Counted from the first letter of the stretch, positions 26,430 through 37,024 are shown. The stretch is DNA of 64,000 bases from an uncultured Verrucomicrobiae bacterium (GCA_963735805.1 CAVTMK010000004.1:768001-832000); one strand, 5' to 3'. A program made the numbers and translations. Notes: generated by a model from the letters alone, not told the origin.

Positions 26430-28367
26430 ATGCAGCTTCTTAGCGCATTTTCACGTCCGCAAACCGTACCGATTGGCCCGGCGACTGCCCCGAGGAAAAG
26501 CCTGTGGATATTAGATTCCTGGCGCGACCTGGTTCTTTACGTCGGCACACCGCTGTTGTTGGTGCCGGCTTTCGCGCTGGCCCAGGCGCGCTGGAGTCCG
26601 CAGGATATTTATCTTTTCGTCGCGGCGTTTGGAGCGATGGGACATCACTTGCCCGGTATGATCCGCGCCTATGGCGATCGCGCTTTGTTCGAACGCTTCA
26701 AATGGCGCTTCATTCTCGCGCCGTTGTTTCTCCTCGCGGTGTGTACGGCCTTTTTCTGGTGGGACTTGAAGGGAATTTTGCTGGTCGTTTTCTTCTGGGG
26801 CGTCTGGCACGGGTTAATGCAAACCTATGGCTTCTGTCGCATCTACGACGCAAAAACGGGCACCTTCGACGCACTCACGCGCCGGCTCGATTTTGGGATG
26901 TGCTTAATCTGGTTTGCTACAGCGGTGGCGCTTTCGCCATATCGACTGAGTGACACCCTCGATACCTACTACATGTGTGGCGGACCGTTTATCCCGTCAA
27001 CAGTGGTTCAAGCCGGCCAACACCTGATCCTTTTTGCAGCTATTGCAGTTTCGGTTGTCTTTCTACTGCATTTCGGACGGATGTGGATCATCGGGCACCG
27101 GCCCAATCCTGTAAAGTTGGCCCTACTCGTTACGAGCATCGCGTTTTGGTGGTACTGCAATAATCTTGTCGCGAATATTATTGTAGGCATTGCGCTCTTC
27201 GAAGTTTTCCACGACGTGCAGTACCTCTCGCTGGTCTGGATCTACAATCGCAATCGCGTCGAGAAGGATAGCAACATCGGAGGATTCATGCGCTTCGTCT
27301 TTCGACGGAGCGGCTCGCTAATCGGACTTTATGTCGGCCTGGTTTTCGCCTATGGCTCGGTCGCTTATTTCAATGCGCACCTGGGAATGGAGAACATTAA
27401 GCGCATCCTCACAGGTGTGGTCACAGCTTCCACGCTGCTGCATTTTTATTATGATGGTTTTATCTGGAAGGTTCGGGAACGCTCCACCCGGCAATCGCTC
27501 GGGCTAAGCGGCGGCACCGCCGATGTATCGTTGGGCGGCATCCTTCCGGGCTGGGCCTGGCATGGGTTCAAATGGGTGGCGGTGTTTGTCATGCCGCTAG
27601 GCGCGCTCTGGTTTTGGCAGACACATCTAATGGTTCCAGAAGTCCAACGGCGGGCGTGGCTGGTGGCAGACGTGCCGTCTGGCGCAAAGCAGCACTTTGA
27701 GTATGGCGTTGCGCTGCAAAAGGCGAACCAATGGGAAAAGGCGGAAGAGCAATATAAAACCGCACTCCGTTTCAATCCTACCGATGCACAATCGCACATG
27801 AACCTTGCTGTCGCCTTGATGGCACAAGCCAAATTCGATGCGGCCGTGCCGCACATGAAAGAGGCGTTACGTCTCCAGCCAAACGAAGGCGAATTCTATT
27901 TGAGTTACGCGAATTTGCTTCAGCGCATTGGACGCGGAGACGAAGCCGGACCTCAGTATGAAGCAGCGGCGCGCCTGCTGCCGGATTCACCCGAGGCCCA
28001 CTACAATTACGCATTGTTTCTTGCCTCAACAGGAAAAGAAAGTGATTCCGCCAGCGAATTGCGGCAAGTAGTTCAGCTCAAACCCGATTATGCGGATGCC
28101 CAACTGCAGTTGGCAAACGCCCTATTTGCAAAAGGTAATCTTGAGGAGGCCAAAATGCATTACATAGCGGCGCTTGGCACAGATCCCAAGTTAGCGGTCG
28201 CTCACAATAGTTTAGGCAGACTTTACCTGGCCCAGGGGCAGGTTTCTCAGGCCATTGTCCAATTCAGTGAAGCATTGCGCTTGAATCCCAATTACAAAGA
28301 GGCCGAGGAAAATCTGCGCGTTGCCAAAGCAAACGACGCTCAGTTTCTTGGGCAAACGCACAATTAA
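26430..28367 (+). CDS. Multi-TM membrane protein with C-terminal TPR domain
   Basis: His-containing TM N-terminal half (GHH, WHG, FHD, LHFYYDG) followed by ~7 TPRs. Confidence 0.75.
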   Translation: MQLLSAFSRPQTVPIGPATAPRKSLWILDSWRDLVLYVGTPLLLVPAFALAQARWSPQDIYLFVAAFGAMGHHLPGMIRAYGDRALFERFKWRFILAPLFLLAVCTAFFWWDLKGILLVVFFWGVWHGLMQTYGFCRIYDAKTGTFDALTRRLDFGMCLIWFATAVALSPYRLSDTLDTYYMCGGPFIPSTVVQAGQHLILFAAIAVSVVFLLHFGRMWIIGHRPNPVKLALLVTSIAFWWYCNNLVANIIVGIALFEVFHDVQYLSLVWIYNRNRVEKDSNIGGFMRFVFRRSGSLIGLYVGLVFAYGSVAYFNAHLGMENIKRILTGVVTASTLLHFYYDGFIWKVRERSTRQSLGLSGGTADVSLGGILPGWAWHGFKWVAVFVMPLGALWFWQTHLMVPEVQRRAWLVADVPSGAKQHFEYGVALQKANQWEKAEEQYKTALRFNPTDAQSHMNLAVALMAQAKFDAAVPHMKEALRLQPNEGEFYLSYANLLQRIGRGDEAGPQYEAAARLLPDSPEAHYNYALFLASTGKESDSASELRQVVQLKPDYADAQLQLANALFAKGNLEEAKMHYIAALGTDPKLAVAHNSLGRLYLAQGQVSQAIVQFSEALRLNPNYKEAEENLRVAKANDAQFLGQTHN

Positions 28368-28370
28368 TTT

Positions 28371-29219
28371 TTGGTTGGGCGCGCTCTCTATCTCAATCTG
28401 GATGACGCGTGGCGGGACGAACCTTTGGGTCTTCCTGTAGTTGACGCGCGGGCGTGGGGGCGACGATTGCGTTTCTCCGCGCCGCCACGGCTGATTAGCG
28501 AGTTTTATTCTGCGCACGGAACGAATCTCGCATCTCCGTTTTTGCTCTATGGGTCAGGCGATTTTCACTACCTGACGGCGCTGCGGTTGCGTCGCATTGC
28601 CGGACCGATCGGTGTCGTTTCATTCGATAATCATCCGGACTGGGATGTGCGCCCTCCGAAATGGGGTTGCGGTGGTTGGGTCAATCGCGCATTGGACTTA
28701 GCAAACGTTAAACGAGTGAGCGTATGGGGTTGCGGAAATTTCGAGTGTTGGTGGCCGCACCAAATTTTCGGAAACCGTCGCGCCGAACGCGCAGGCGTTT
28801 TGGAAGTTCATCCATGGGCAGACGATCGTCCTGCCAAGGATCGACATCGCCGGGGAGCGATCTTGCGGGATAATTGGCGCGCGCACTTTGAGCAATTTTC
28901 AAAAACGGCACCAGGAAACCCGCTTTATGTCACGATCGACCTTGACTGTCTCGATGCGAGCGAGGCAGTGACGAATTGGGAAGCTGGCCGCTTTACGATT
29001 ACCGATCTGGAATGGGCACTCGGAAAATTGCGCGAATCCTCTCAGATTATTGGAGGCGATATTTGTGGCGCCTATTCACCGCCAAAGTACGCGCGCTTCA
29101 AACAGCGCTTCGCGGCCGAATTCGATCACCCGAAAATCCAGCTGCCAGATGCAGAGCGGATTCGTGAGATCAATCTGGCAGCTCTTGAAAAATTGTGGCC
29201 ACTGTTGTCCGGCGCGTAA
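28371..29219 (+). CDS. Arginase/ureohydrolase-fold protein
   Basis: GSGDFHY, FDNHPD and YVTIDLD metal-ligand-like motifs. Confidence 0.75.
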   Translation: MVGRALYLNLDDAWRDEPLGLPVVDARAWGRRLRFSAPPRLISEFYSAHGTNLASPFLLYGSGDFHYLTALRLRRIAGPIGVVSFDNHPDWDVRPPKWGCGGWVNRALDLANVKRVSVWGCGNFECWWPHQIFGNRRAERAGVLEVHPWADDRPAKDRHRRGAILRDNWRAHFEQFSKTAPGNPLYVTIDLDCLDASEAVTNWEAGRFTITDLEWALGKLRESSQIIGGDICGAYSPPKYARFKQRFAAEFDHPKIQLPDAERIREINLAALEKLWPLLSGA

Positions 29220-29246
29220 ATGTTTCGGCGCCTCTGCACTCTCTTG

Positions 29247-29591
29247 CTAGCTGAGCGAAACCAGCACGATCCCGACGCTGATCAACAACGCGCCGATCGC
29301 CAGCCGCAGGTTGAGCTTTTCTTTTAGCACGATGCCTGCCATCAGCGTGATGAAAAGCACGCTTAAACCTTGAAACGGATAAAGGTAACTTAGGTCGAAT
29401 CGCTGCAGCAATCCGAGTGTGAGAAAGAAAGAGATCGTCATTAGAATGATGCCGCTAGTAACCTTGGAGACAAACTGGGCGTTTCGGAAGCCGGTCGACC
29501 TGGAGGCCTCCATCGCTCGCTTCAAGATGAGCTGAGCGGCGACGAAACTTACCAGAGAAACAACGATCAATAAGAAGGCCAGAAAACTCAC
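29247..29591 (-). CDS. Small EamA/DMT family transporter subunit
   Basis: 4 TM helices, DLSYLYPF…LKEKL; GTG start overlaps the upstream stop (GTGA). Confidence 0.8.
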   Translation of the reverse strand: MSFLAFLLIVVSLVSFVAAQLILKRAMEASRSTGFRNAQFVSKVTSGIILMTISFFLTLGLLQRFDLSYLYPFQGLSVLFITLMAGIVLKEKLNLRLAIGALLISVGIVLVSLS

Positions 29592-29992
29592 AGGCGTTCC
29601 TCGAATTGCGCGATCGGTTTCGCAACCAACGCCAGCCCAATAATCACCAGCGCGATTCCGCACCACCGCAGCGGCGAAATCAATTCGCCGAGAAAAATCC
29701 AACAGCCCAGTGGGACGAGGATATCGACCACACGCGACAGGGGAAACGCGATAGTGATCGGAATATATCTCAGCACATAAAGCCAGCTGATGAAGCTGGC
29801 GACAATGAGAAGAATGGCCCACCACACCAGCGGCGACGCCAAACCGTTTACACCGGTCCAGGACCATGCGCTGTCAGTGTTTGCGACCTCTGTTGCACCG
29901 CGTTTCAAAAGAAATTCGGACACCACTACGCACGCGACGCTAAGAACAAGTTGAAGCCAGGGGTTGGCGAAACCGGAAGGTCGCTTTTGCAT
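29588..29992 (-). CDS. Small EamA/DMT family transporter subunit
   Basis: 4 TM helices, WLYVL…AFPL…LGELISPLRWCGI. Confidence 0.82.
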   Translation of the reverse strand: MQKRPSGFANPWLQLVLSVACVVVSEFLLKRGATEVANTDSAWSWTGVNGLASPLVWWAILLIVASFISWLYVLRYIPITIAFPLSRVVDILVPLGCWIFLGELISPLRWCGIALVIIGLALVAKPIAQFEERL

Positions 29993-30040
29993 CCGCTTTT
30001 TTAATGCGCAATGATGTCATCGCAAGTGGATTGATGTTGT

Positions 30041-30114
30041 TGTAGCCTCTTGCTGTTTCGACGCGTTCAACGCGCGTTACTACCGCTACACGGCGGCGCA
30101 ACGCCGTGGCTACG
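30041..30114. repeat. Degenerate GTAG-type REP doublet
   Basis: tgtagcc… and cacggcggcgcaacgccgtggctacg; similar to 16699-16774. Confidence 0.6.
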
Positions 30115-30130
30115 AAGCTTCATGGGTTCG

Positions 30131-31294
30131 TCAAAGCTGATCGGCGTTCGGAAACTGCTGCAAAACAGGATCGTGACGTGTCGGGCCGAGATATTTGATT
30201 AGGCGGCGAAAGATCGGGTTGAGCAGCGGACTTGTGTGCGTGACATAGAGGTCGAGGGGCACAAGCTCGCAATCCAGATGCAGTTTCGGCTCGTAATTAA
30301 GCGGATTGCTGTAGTAATATTTTAAACCCTGCTCCAGTGCCCAGGAGATGATGTCGCGCAGCGTGTAAAAATAAAGATGCAGTTCCAGGGCCACGCTGTA
30401 GTCCAGACCAATGCATTCGTCATAAATCTTCTCGTCACAGACGAGGCAAAAACTGAATGCGACGATCTTGCCCAACTGGCGCCAGATGAAAAAGCGTGCT
30501 TGTTCCGGCATCTGTTGTGCAATCGCGCGAAAATAATCCTTTGTTAGTGTCTCAAATTTCAATGCTGAGCGCTCGTGGACTGCGAGATACAGGGGATAAA
30601 TCTCATCAACAAGATCCGTGACGTCGTTGACGACCTCCAAGTCGATCTTGGGTGCATGCTCGGCTTTGCGGAATTTCCGGCGCAGATCTTTTCGGGTTGC
30701 CTTGCTAAGTGTGGAAAAATATTCGTCCCAGTTATGATAATGGAGCGAAAGCCGTGTCATCGGCATGCTGGGAATTCGTGCGTAACCATTCGCGGGGAAC
30801 GCTTCGAGCTCCGAACGATAGTTTGAAGGGAAATCCTTCAGAACGACCAGGGAGGCCTTGTTGTGCCTTGCATAAGCCGAAATGCTCGCCTGCAACATGT
30901 TCGCTACCCACGCTTCGTCTTTCGGGTTACACGCGCCCAAATCCCCTGTACCCGCAGCGCAGCCAACCATCAAAACACGCATCGTTAAAAAACGCGGGAA
31001 AATTTTGCGAATACGATCAACCAGCGAACTAATTTTACCTGGCACGCCCTCGACCAGGTTTTGCCGAACAAAAAATACGGGCTGGATTCCCCGGGCACAT
31101 CCCGAATCATCCTCGAGCAGCAGATAGTAGTGTTCGAAATTACCCTGGAGCGTTTCTTCTACGATATCGTAGTAACGATGGTCTTTGCACTTGTTGTGGA
31201 ACGCGCGTGGCCACGCGTCGCAATTGTGCAGCTCGGACCCGGTGACGATCTTCGCCATTCCTTGCGGAGTTCGAATGCTGTTCCTATGCCGCAT
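30131..31294 (-). CDS. GNAT-fold (FemAB/Acetyltransf_6-like) acyltransferase
   Basis: YFSTLSKATRKDLRRK, IVAFSFC, GLDY…LYF and YEPKLHL motifs; ATG at 31294 inferred. Confidence 0.75.
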   Translation of the reverse strand: MRHRNSIRTPQGMAKIVTGSELHNCDAWPRAFHNKCKDHRYYDIVEETLQGNFEHYYLLLEDDSGCARGIQPVFFVRQNLVEGVPGKISSLVDRIRKIFPRFLTMRVLMVGCAAGTGDLGACNPKDEAWVANMLQASISAYARHNKASLVVLKDFPSNYRSELEAFPANGYARIPSMPMTRLSLHYHNWDEYFSTLSKATRKDLRRKFRKAEHAPKIDLEVVNDVTDLVDEIYPLYLAVHERSALKFETLTKDYFRAIAQQMPEQARFFIWRQLGKIVAFSFCLVCDEKIYDECIGLDYSVALELHLYFYTLRDIISWALEQGLKYYYSNPLNYEPKLHLDCELVPLDLYVTHTSPLLNPIFRRLIKYLGPTRHDPVLQQFPNADQL

Positions 31295-31448
31295 AGAATG
31301 CGATTTTCTCACTTTCCGCGACCAGGGTTGGATTGGCGATAATTCCGCATCTGGGTTTAAGAGGGCACCGATCTTCATTCGAAACAAACGCAAGGTGAAC
31401 AAACCTGCGAGCAGGTTTGTCAAAATTGTTCGATACTGCGTCTTCGAA

Positions 31449-32567
31449 GTGAACCATATTTGGGAGCATTCCGTGCGGTCGAAGGTCCTGGTGATGGTGG
31501 CAGCTATCGCGCTGGCCATTTTTCTTGGCGCTGTGGATTATATTACAGGTCGCGATTGGGCAATGTCAGCTTTCTACCTGCTGCCGACGTGCGTCGCGGC
31601 ATGGGCGGCCGGCCGGTGGGCGGGATTTGCCCTGGGGGCTTTGTGCACAGGCGCCTGGTTCTTTAGCGATATTCTCAATGGCGCGACATATCAGTCTGAG
31701 GTTATTCCCGTTTGGAATGCGATCATGCTTTTCGTATTTTTTTTGGTGGTAGTCTGGTTACTGACTGCATTCCAACGTTCTCACTATCACCTGGAGCAAG
31801 TCGTCGAGGAGCGAACAGCCGCGTTGCGAACGGAGATGGAAGAGCGCAAGCGGCTGGAACAGGCTAACCTCCAAGCGGAACGTCTTGGGGTGGTTGGCTC
31901 TATGGCAGCTCAGGTCGCCCATGAAATTCGGAATCCGCTTGGCTCCATTTCACTCAATCTTGACCTGATAGGAGACGAAGTTCACGCTTTCGCCAATTCC
32001 AGTGGCGGTTCCACCGGTGAATGCGAAGTCCTTCTTCGCGAGATGCGTTCGCAGGTATTGCGAATCCGCCAGGTGCTGCATGAATATCTCCGGTTCGCAC
32101 GGATGCCGAAGTCTGAGCGTACCGCGATTTCACTCGCGGGTTTTCTTGAGGAAAAACTTAAGTTCGTGCAGCCGTTGCTCGATCAAAAGCACGTAGAGTT
32201 GAAGAGCAACTTTGATTCGAACCTGCCACCGGTTCACGTCGATGCCGAACAACTCTGGGAAGCTATCTTGAATCTAATCAGTAATGCATTGGATGCGATG
32301 CCCGACGGAGGAAACCTGACTGTCAGCACGCAAAAGCATGGTGCGGAAGCATTGGTAACAATCAGCGATAACGGTCACGGCATGACTGAGGAAGAAGCCA
32401 GGCGTCTTTTTGCTCCGTTTTTCACCACGAAGAGCGATGGCACAGGTCTCGGTCTTGCATATACGCAGCGGATCGTAACCGAACATGGCGGCAAGATTAA
32501 TTGCGCTACCGCGAGCGGCAAAGGCAGCACGTTTAGCATTCAACTTCCGCTTTCTGTTGGTGCATAA
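31449..32567 (+). CDS. Membrane sensor histidine kinase
   Basis: H-box AHEIRNPL, N-box NLISNALDA, DNGHG, FFTTK and GTGLGL; N-terminal TMs; start approximate. Confidence 0.92.
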   Translation: MNHIWEHSVRSKVLVMVAAIALAIFLGAVDYITGRDWAMSAFYLLPTCVAAWAAGRWAGFALGALCTGAWFFSDILNGATYQSEVIPVWNAIMLFVFFLVVVWLLTAFQRSHYHLEQVVEERTAALRTEMEERKRLEQANLQAERLGVVGSMAAQVAHEIRNPLGSISLNLDLIGDEVHAFANSSGGSTGECEVLLREMRSQVLRIRQVLHEYLRFARMPKSERTAISLAGFLEEKLKFVQPLLDQKHVELKSNFDSNLPPVHVDAEQLWEAILNLISNALDAMPDGGNLTVSTQKHGAEALVTISDNGHGMTEEEARRLFAPFFTTKSDGTGLGLAYTQRIVTEHGGKINCATASGKGSTFSIQLPLSVGA

Positions 32568-32688
32568 GATGACGATTTCCATTTTTCAGGTTTCCGATGC
32601 AAGCGATTGGGCTGCGGTTGGCGAAGTGGGAGTAAATTCGTTAGTGTGGAGATAGGCGTATTACGAGGCGGTGTTCTTTTGAAAGGAT

Positions 32689-33075
32689 ATGAAAGAGTTG
32701 CGAAACAGATCTGTCTTGGTCGTTGACGACGATTCGGGGATGCTCCGGGCGATGACCAAAGTGCTGACTAATGAAGGCATGCGCGTCACGGGATTGTCTG
32801 ATCCAACCGCGGTTGCCACGACGCTCGCGGTCTCTGAGTCACGATTCGACCTGGTCATCACTGATCTACGGATGCCAACTTTCAGTGGACGCGGTGTTTT
32901 GGCGCTCGCCAGCGCATTACCCAAATTGCCCGTTATCATCATCACCGCTTTTGGCGGACCTGATGTCGAAGCACAGGCGCTCCAATTGGGTGCCTTCGCG
33001 TTTCTCGAGAAGCCGGTCGCTGCCGCCGAATTGGTCGATGTGGTAAAGCGTGCCTTGGAAGCGTCGCCAATCTAA
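32689..33075 (+). CDS. Single-domain response regulator (receiver only)
   Basis: VLVVDDD, TDLRMP, ITAFG and EKP motifs. Confidence 0.92.
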   Translation: MKELRNRSVLVVDDDSGMLRAMTKVLTNEGMRVTGLSDPTAVATTLAVSESRFDLVITDLRMPTFSGRGVLALASALPKLPVIIITAFGGPDVEAQALQLGAFAFLEKPVAAAELVDVVKRALEASPI

Positions 33076-33137
33076 GAACTATAGGTATATGGCTTCATCG
33101 GATCCATGTAGTGGTCTCGAGGGAGTGCCAGTGCGAG

Positions 33138-34256
33138 TTAGGACTCGGACTGCTTCGATGTTTCAGCCTGCACAGCTTGCACTTTAATGAGGCCATCCCG
33201 AATGTGGAGATCGCGCTGCGGAAATGGAAACGCGATTCCCACTGCGCCCAAATGTTTGCAGATCAAGTAATTCAGGTCGCTTCTGAATCGACTTGGTCGT
33301 TGGCTCATCTGCTCACTCCAAACAACTAGCTCGAAATCGATTGAATTGTCCCCAAATTTCTCCAGAAAGGCGTCGGGCGCAGGCTCGTTCAGCGTGGCCG
33401 GATGTTCGCGGGCTGCGGCGATGAGCGCCTCACGTACCTTGTTCACGTCACTGTCGTAAGCGACGCCGACCGGCAGACGAAACCGCACCCGTCGATCCGT
33501 ATGAGTCCAGTTTGTGACTGGCGAGTCGACAAATTTCTCGTTTGGCACAATCATCGCGATATTGTCGTTCGTTACGATGACTGTGCTGCGAGCGCGGATT
33601 TGCCTGACCTGGCCGGCGATGCCTGCGACTTCGATGCGATCCCCAATGGCAATGGGCCGTTCAGCCAGGATCAAAAGCCCGCTGATGAAATTGCTGGCGA
33701 TGTTTTTCAAACCGAATCCCACGCCAACGCCGACCGCGCCGGCGAACACGGTTAGCGTTCCGATATGGACGCCGCTGTTTTCCAAGACGACAATGATCCC
33801 AATGATCAGCACGGCGTAGCTGACGATTTGTGCTATGGCGTGCTGCAGGGGGCGGTCGAGGCCGCTTCTGGCCAGGAAGCGATTAAAAAGGAAACGCTTT
33901 GTCCGGGATGAGAGCCAAAAAACGCCGATCAGAAGTGCGATAAGTAGAAAAATTTGAAACAAGCTCAGCGTTATTCCGGGCAAAGGCGCGTTCCAGGCAA
34001 GGGGCACTCCCGCCGCATTGATGGCGCTGACCGTGAAGAAAACGAGCGCGCACAGACTGAGGATCGTCGTGACGATCGCAACAAAATTAGTGTCGATCTT
34101 GAACCGGCTGAAAAGGCGGCGCACCAGATCGCTCTGCAGGAATCGCGCGACAATAAGGCCTGCCGCGAAAAGGGCGGCGAACGCGATTAATCCTAAAAAC
34201 GTGATGTAGTGTCCGCCGATCTGGAACAACGGCTTTTCCAACAGCGGAAAACTCAT
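33138..34256 (-). CDS. MscS-family mechanosensitive channel
   Basis: GAVGVGVGFGLKNIASNFISG, GDRI, IVPN and FPFPQRDL motifs. Confidence 0.92.
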   Translation of the reverse strand: MSFPLLEKPLFQIGGHYITFLGLIAFAALFAAGLIVARFLQSDLVRRLFSRFKIDTNFVAIVTTILSLCALVFFTVSAINAAGVPLAWNAPLPGITLSLFQIFLLIALLIGVFWLSSRTKRFLFNRFLARSGLDRPLQHAIAQIVSYAVLIIGIIVVLENSGVHIGTLTVFAGAVGVGVGFGLKNIASNFISGLLILAERPIAIGDRIEVAGIAGQVRQIRARSTVIVTNDNIAMIVPNEKFVDSPVTNWTHTDRRVRFRLPVGVAYDSDVNKVREALIAAAREHPATLNEPAPDAFLEKFGDNSIDFELVVWSEQMSQRPSRFRSDLNYLICKHLGAVGIAFPFPQRDLHIRDGLIKVQAVQAETSKQSES

Positions 34257-34304
34257 CGAAACCTAGTCTGAGCCTCGTGTTTCGGTTGCGCAACCAACCA
34301 ATAA

Positions 34305-34335
34305 GCAAAAAACACGGCGTCTGCCGTGTTTTTGC
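34305..34335 (-). terminator. Rho-independent terminator downstream of acpP
   Basis: aaaaacacggc-gtct-gccgtgttttt hairpin with T-tract. Confidence 0.75.
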
Positions 34336-34375
34336 CTTCAGAATGAATGAACCCTTTAATAAAGGGGCATCCGCA

Positions 34376-34624
34376 CTACTGCTTGGATGCCTTTTCTTCG
34401 ATATATTTAATCACGTCGCCGACTGTCTGCAGTTTTTCTGCATCTTCGTCCGGCACTTCCACCCCAAACTCCTCCTCAAATGCCATCACCAGTTCAACGA
34501 TATCCAGAGAGTCTGCGCCTAAATCCTCAATAAATGAAGCCTGTGGCGTAACCTGCTCCGGGTTTACGCCCAGTTGCTCGACAATAATGTCCTTAACTTT
34601 CTCTTCGATCGATTTTTCCGCCAT
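34376..34624 (-). CDS. acpP: Acyl carrier protein
   Basis: [23 protein letters not shown] at 34624. Confidence 0.97.
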   Translation of the reverse strand: MAEKSIEEKVKDIIVEQLGVNPEQVTPQASFIEDLGADSLDIVELVMAFEEEFGVEVPDEDAEKLQTVGDVIKYIEEKASKQ

Positions 34625-34775
34625 AAAATTTGTTCGGTTTATGTTAGTCGCTCGTGGAAAAGCCCAAAGCATTCCCGAGCACAGCATGGCAAGTAAATGA
34701 ATTAAACAGGTTGTCAATCATTTTCGGGATTGGCAGTAGCACCTTCACGTTTGCGTCCGTTTGTCATTCGAGTAG

Positions 34776-36287
34776 ATGAGGCCGATGACATCGTCCACTG
34801 TCCAGGCTGCCGATCTGCTTGATCTAAGACTCCTGCCTGCCTGGGTCAAAGAACCCATTGATACGAGCGACTATCAGCGCTACGCCGGTGAAGACGAGCG
34901 GGAAGACCTGCGCGGGCGACGCAAGGGCAAACGCCCGACGCACAAGCGAACGGCAACAGATTTACGCAAATTCAAGAGGACAGGGCATGACTCCGAGAGG
35001 GGTCCGCGGACGGCCCGTCGGGCCCGCCCGGGACCAAATCGCAGGGAATCGTCTCACCGCGAAATTCAGGCTAAAGTCTCCGCGCCAGTCGCGACAGAGG
35101 TTGCGATTCGTTTTCTCCCATACCCGCCGGCGTTCGGAAACGTTGTAGCGCAAATCAAATCAGGTTCAGTGGCGTACTCACTGTACGCCCTGGCGCGTTT
35201 GTTCCTTGAAAAGCCCGAGCGCTACGAGGTGCGGCTCACGATGAAAGCGGAATCGACGCTTTATCAGCTTGGCGACAATGGGGCATTGTCCCTGAATCGC
35301 GAATTTCTAGAGCGAAATGCATTTCGGTTCACTCAGTCCGATTTCTACAGGGTGGACATTACCGAGTCGGAGCCAATCAAGGGAAACTTCTCAAATGTGG
35401 CGCGGTGCCGATTGAGCGGAACGCTTTTGGGCCCGACGAACCATCACAATTATCAATTGCAGCTGCGTAACCTGTATGAGCAACGGTTCAGCCGCCGGCT
35501 CAGCTTCGCTGATTATCAGCGCCAGATCGAGATCGTGAATGATGCGACGTTGGTTGAGCGCTGGAAAGAGGAAGCCAGGAGGGTGATTACCTATACGACG
35601 AGCCGCGAAGAGGTTCCCTTGACGTTCTCATCGGCAACGGAAGCAGAGCGGCATTTCCGCTCGCATTATTTGGAGGAGTTGATTAAGAGGTTGGCGGAAG
35701 CCACTGTCGGCGGTGTCCTGAGCCGGAATTTGCCCGACAAGTTACTTAATCGCTCGGTGGAGGAGGCCTGGGTACGCGAAACGCGCTCGCCCTCGGGCAT
35801 GATGCAGGAGTTGGCTGGACGTTTGCGACAAGATGGCCTCCAGGTTTTTCGCCACCGTCGTGGAATGCTGTTTGTCTCGCCAATTCGAACACGCGCTTTT
35901 GTTCACGAACAGGCGGGCGTGTCTTCATCCGTGAATGCGATTCTCGAAGCGCTGGCGGGGACAGCGATAATTAATCGCAAACAGCTTTTTGAAAAGTTGA
36001 TTAGCGATGTGACAACCGTGGATGCAGAGCCACGCAAACTCGCGCTTGCGTCCGACCTGCGTTGGCTAATCAACGAGGGTTACGTGATCGAGTTCAATGA
36101 CGGATCGCTCGATGTTCCACGAGGAAAGGTTAAGCAGCGGGCGGTCATAGCGTCGGAAGTGCGAGCCGCAGAATCAGTCGCATCCGGATCTGACGAACCG
36201 GCGGTACAGACGCTGGCATTGGCGATTTGGCCTGGACCCTACCTGCTAACGATTCTTAGCGAAGGCGCCGGGTCGCCTCCCTCGTAA
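34776..36287 (+). CDS. Hypothetical protein (basic disordered N-terminus, conserved-looking core)
   Basis: 503-aa ORF filling the gap between genes; no motif recognised. Confidence 0.7.
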   Translation: MRPMTSSTVQAADLLDLRLLPAWVKEPIDTSDYQRYAGEDEREDLRGRRKGKRPTHKRTATDLRKFKRTGHDSERGPRTARRARPGPNRRESSHREIQAKVSAPVATEVAIRFLPYPPAFGNVVAQIKSGSVAYSLYALARLFLEKPERYEVRLTMKAESTLYQLGDNGALSLNREFLERNAFRFTQSDFYRVDITESEPIKGNFSNVARCRLSGTLLGPTNHHNYQLQLRNLYEQRFSRRLSFADYQRQIEIVNDATLVERWKEEARRVITYTTSREEVPLTFSSATEAERHFRSHYLEELIKRLAEATVGGVLSRNLPDKLLNRSVEEAWVRETRSPSGMMQELAGRLRQDGLQVFRHRRGMLFVSPIRTRAFVHEQAGVSSSVNAILEALAGTAIINRKQLFEKLISDVTTVDAEPRKLALASDLRWLINEGYVIEFNDGSLDVPRGKVKQRAVIASEVRAAESVASGSDEPAVQTLALAIWPGPYLLTILSEGAGSPPS

Positions 36288-36634
36288 CGAACGACTTCGT
36301 TTTTTTCATTCAAAACCGCGACCCGCGGTGCATGCAATTTCGCTTCTTCGAGGACGTAGCGGGCAAAACTCATGATGGTGAGGCGGTCGCCAATTTTACC
36401 TAGGTGTGCCGTCGCACCGTTTAGTTCGATGATTCCCCGCTGTGCTTCGCCAAAAATTGCATAGGTCTCGAATCGTTGGCCATTGTTCAAATTGCTCACG
36501 AGGATTTTTTCATATGGAATCAGGCCAACGAATTCAGCCAGATCGGCGGAAACTGTGAGGCTTCCTTCATAATCGAGGCTTGCGCCAGTGACTGCAGCGC
36601 GATGGATTTTTGATTTGAGGAGAGTCAGTTGCAT
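36239..36634 (-). CDS. panD: Aspartate 1-decarboxylase
   Basis: LKSKIHRA, YEG/S autocleavage site, NGQRFETY and LNGATAH. Confidence 0.95.
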   Translation of the reverse strand: MQLTLLKSKIHRAAVTGASLDYEGSLTVSADLAEFVGLIPYEKILVSNLNNGQRFETYAIFGEAQRGIIELNGATAHLGKIGDRLTIMSFARYVLEEAKLHAPRVAVLNEKNEVVRYEGGDPAPSLRIVSR

Positions 36635-36692
36635 CGATTCGATTCGTTCGCGTCTGCATCGGCCCCGAATCATTCGGGAGACGTCCTGCAAT

Positions 36693-36956
36693 TTAGATCG
36701 CGCCTGCTTTTCGAAGCACCTTATAAGCGCCGTGTTTATTGATTGTCTTTAGACCACGGGCTGTAACGCGAACGCGGACAAACTTCTTTAGCTCCGGCAC
36801 CCAAATACGCTGGTTATGTAGATTCGGCGCGAAGATACGCGGCACACTTTTTGTGATGTGCCGGCCCACGCCGCCCTTCTTTTTCGCCAAGCCGCGGCGG
36901 TGGATGACGCTGCCGCGCGTCGCTTTGGATCCCGTAATACTGCAAATTCTGGACAT
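36693..36956 (-). CDS. rpmB: 50S ribosomal protein L28
   Basis: MSRICSITG…RGLAKKKGGVG…FAPNL…VTARGLKTI. Confidence 0.95.
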   Translation of the reverse strand: MSRICSITGSKATRGSVIHRRGLAKKKGGVGRHITKSVPRIFAPNLHNQRIWVPELKKFVRVRVTARGLKTINKHGAYKVLRKAGAI

Positions 36957-37024
36957 GATATTGCCTCAAAAACAGGCGCGTAAGCTGCCGCGCATCAGTC
37001 CACAGGTCAAGTAGATGTTAAAGG

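Noticed and set aside
31185..31519. Apparent head-to-head overlap of GNAT and histidine kinase ORFs
   Set aside because: It disappears when the downstream starts (31294 and ~31449) are used.
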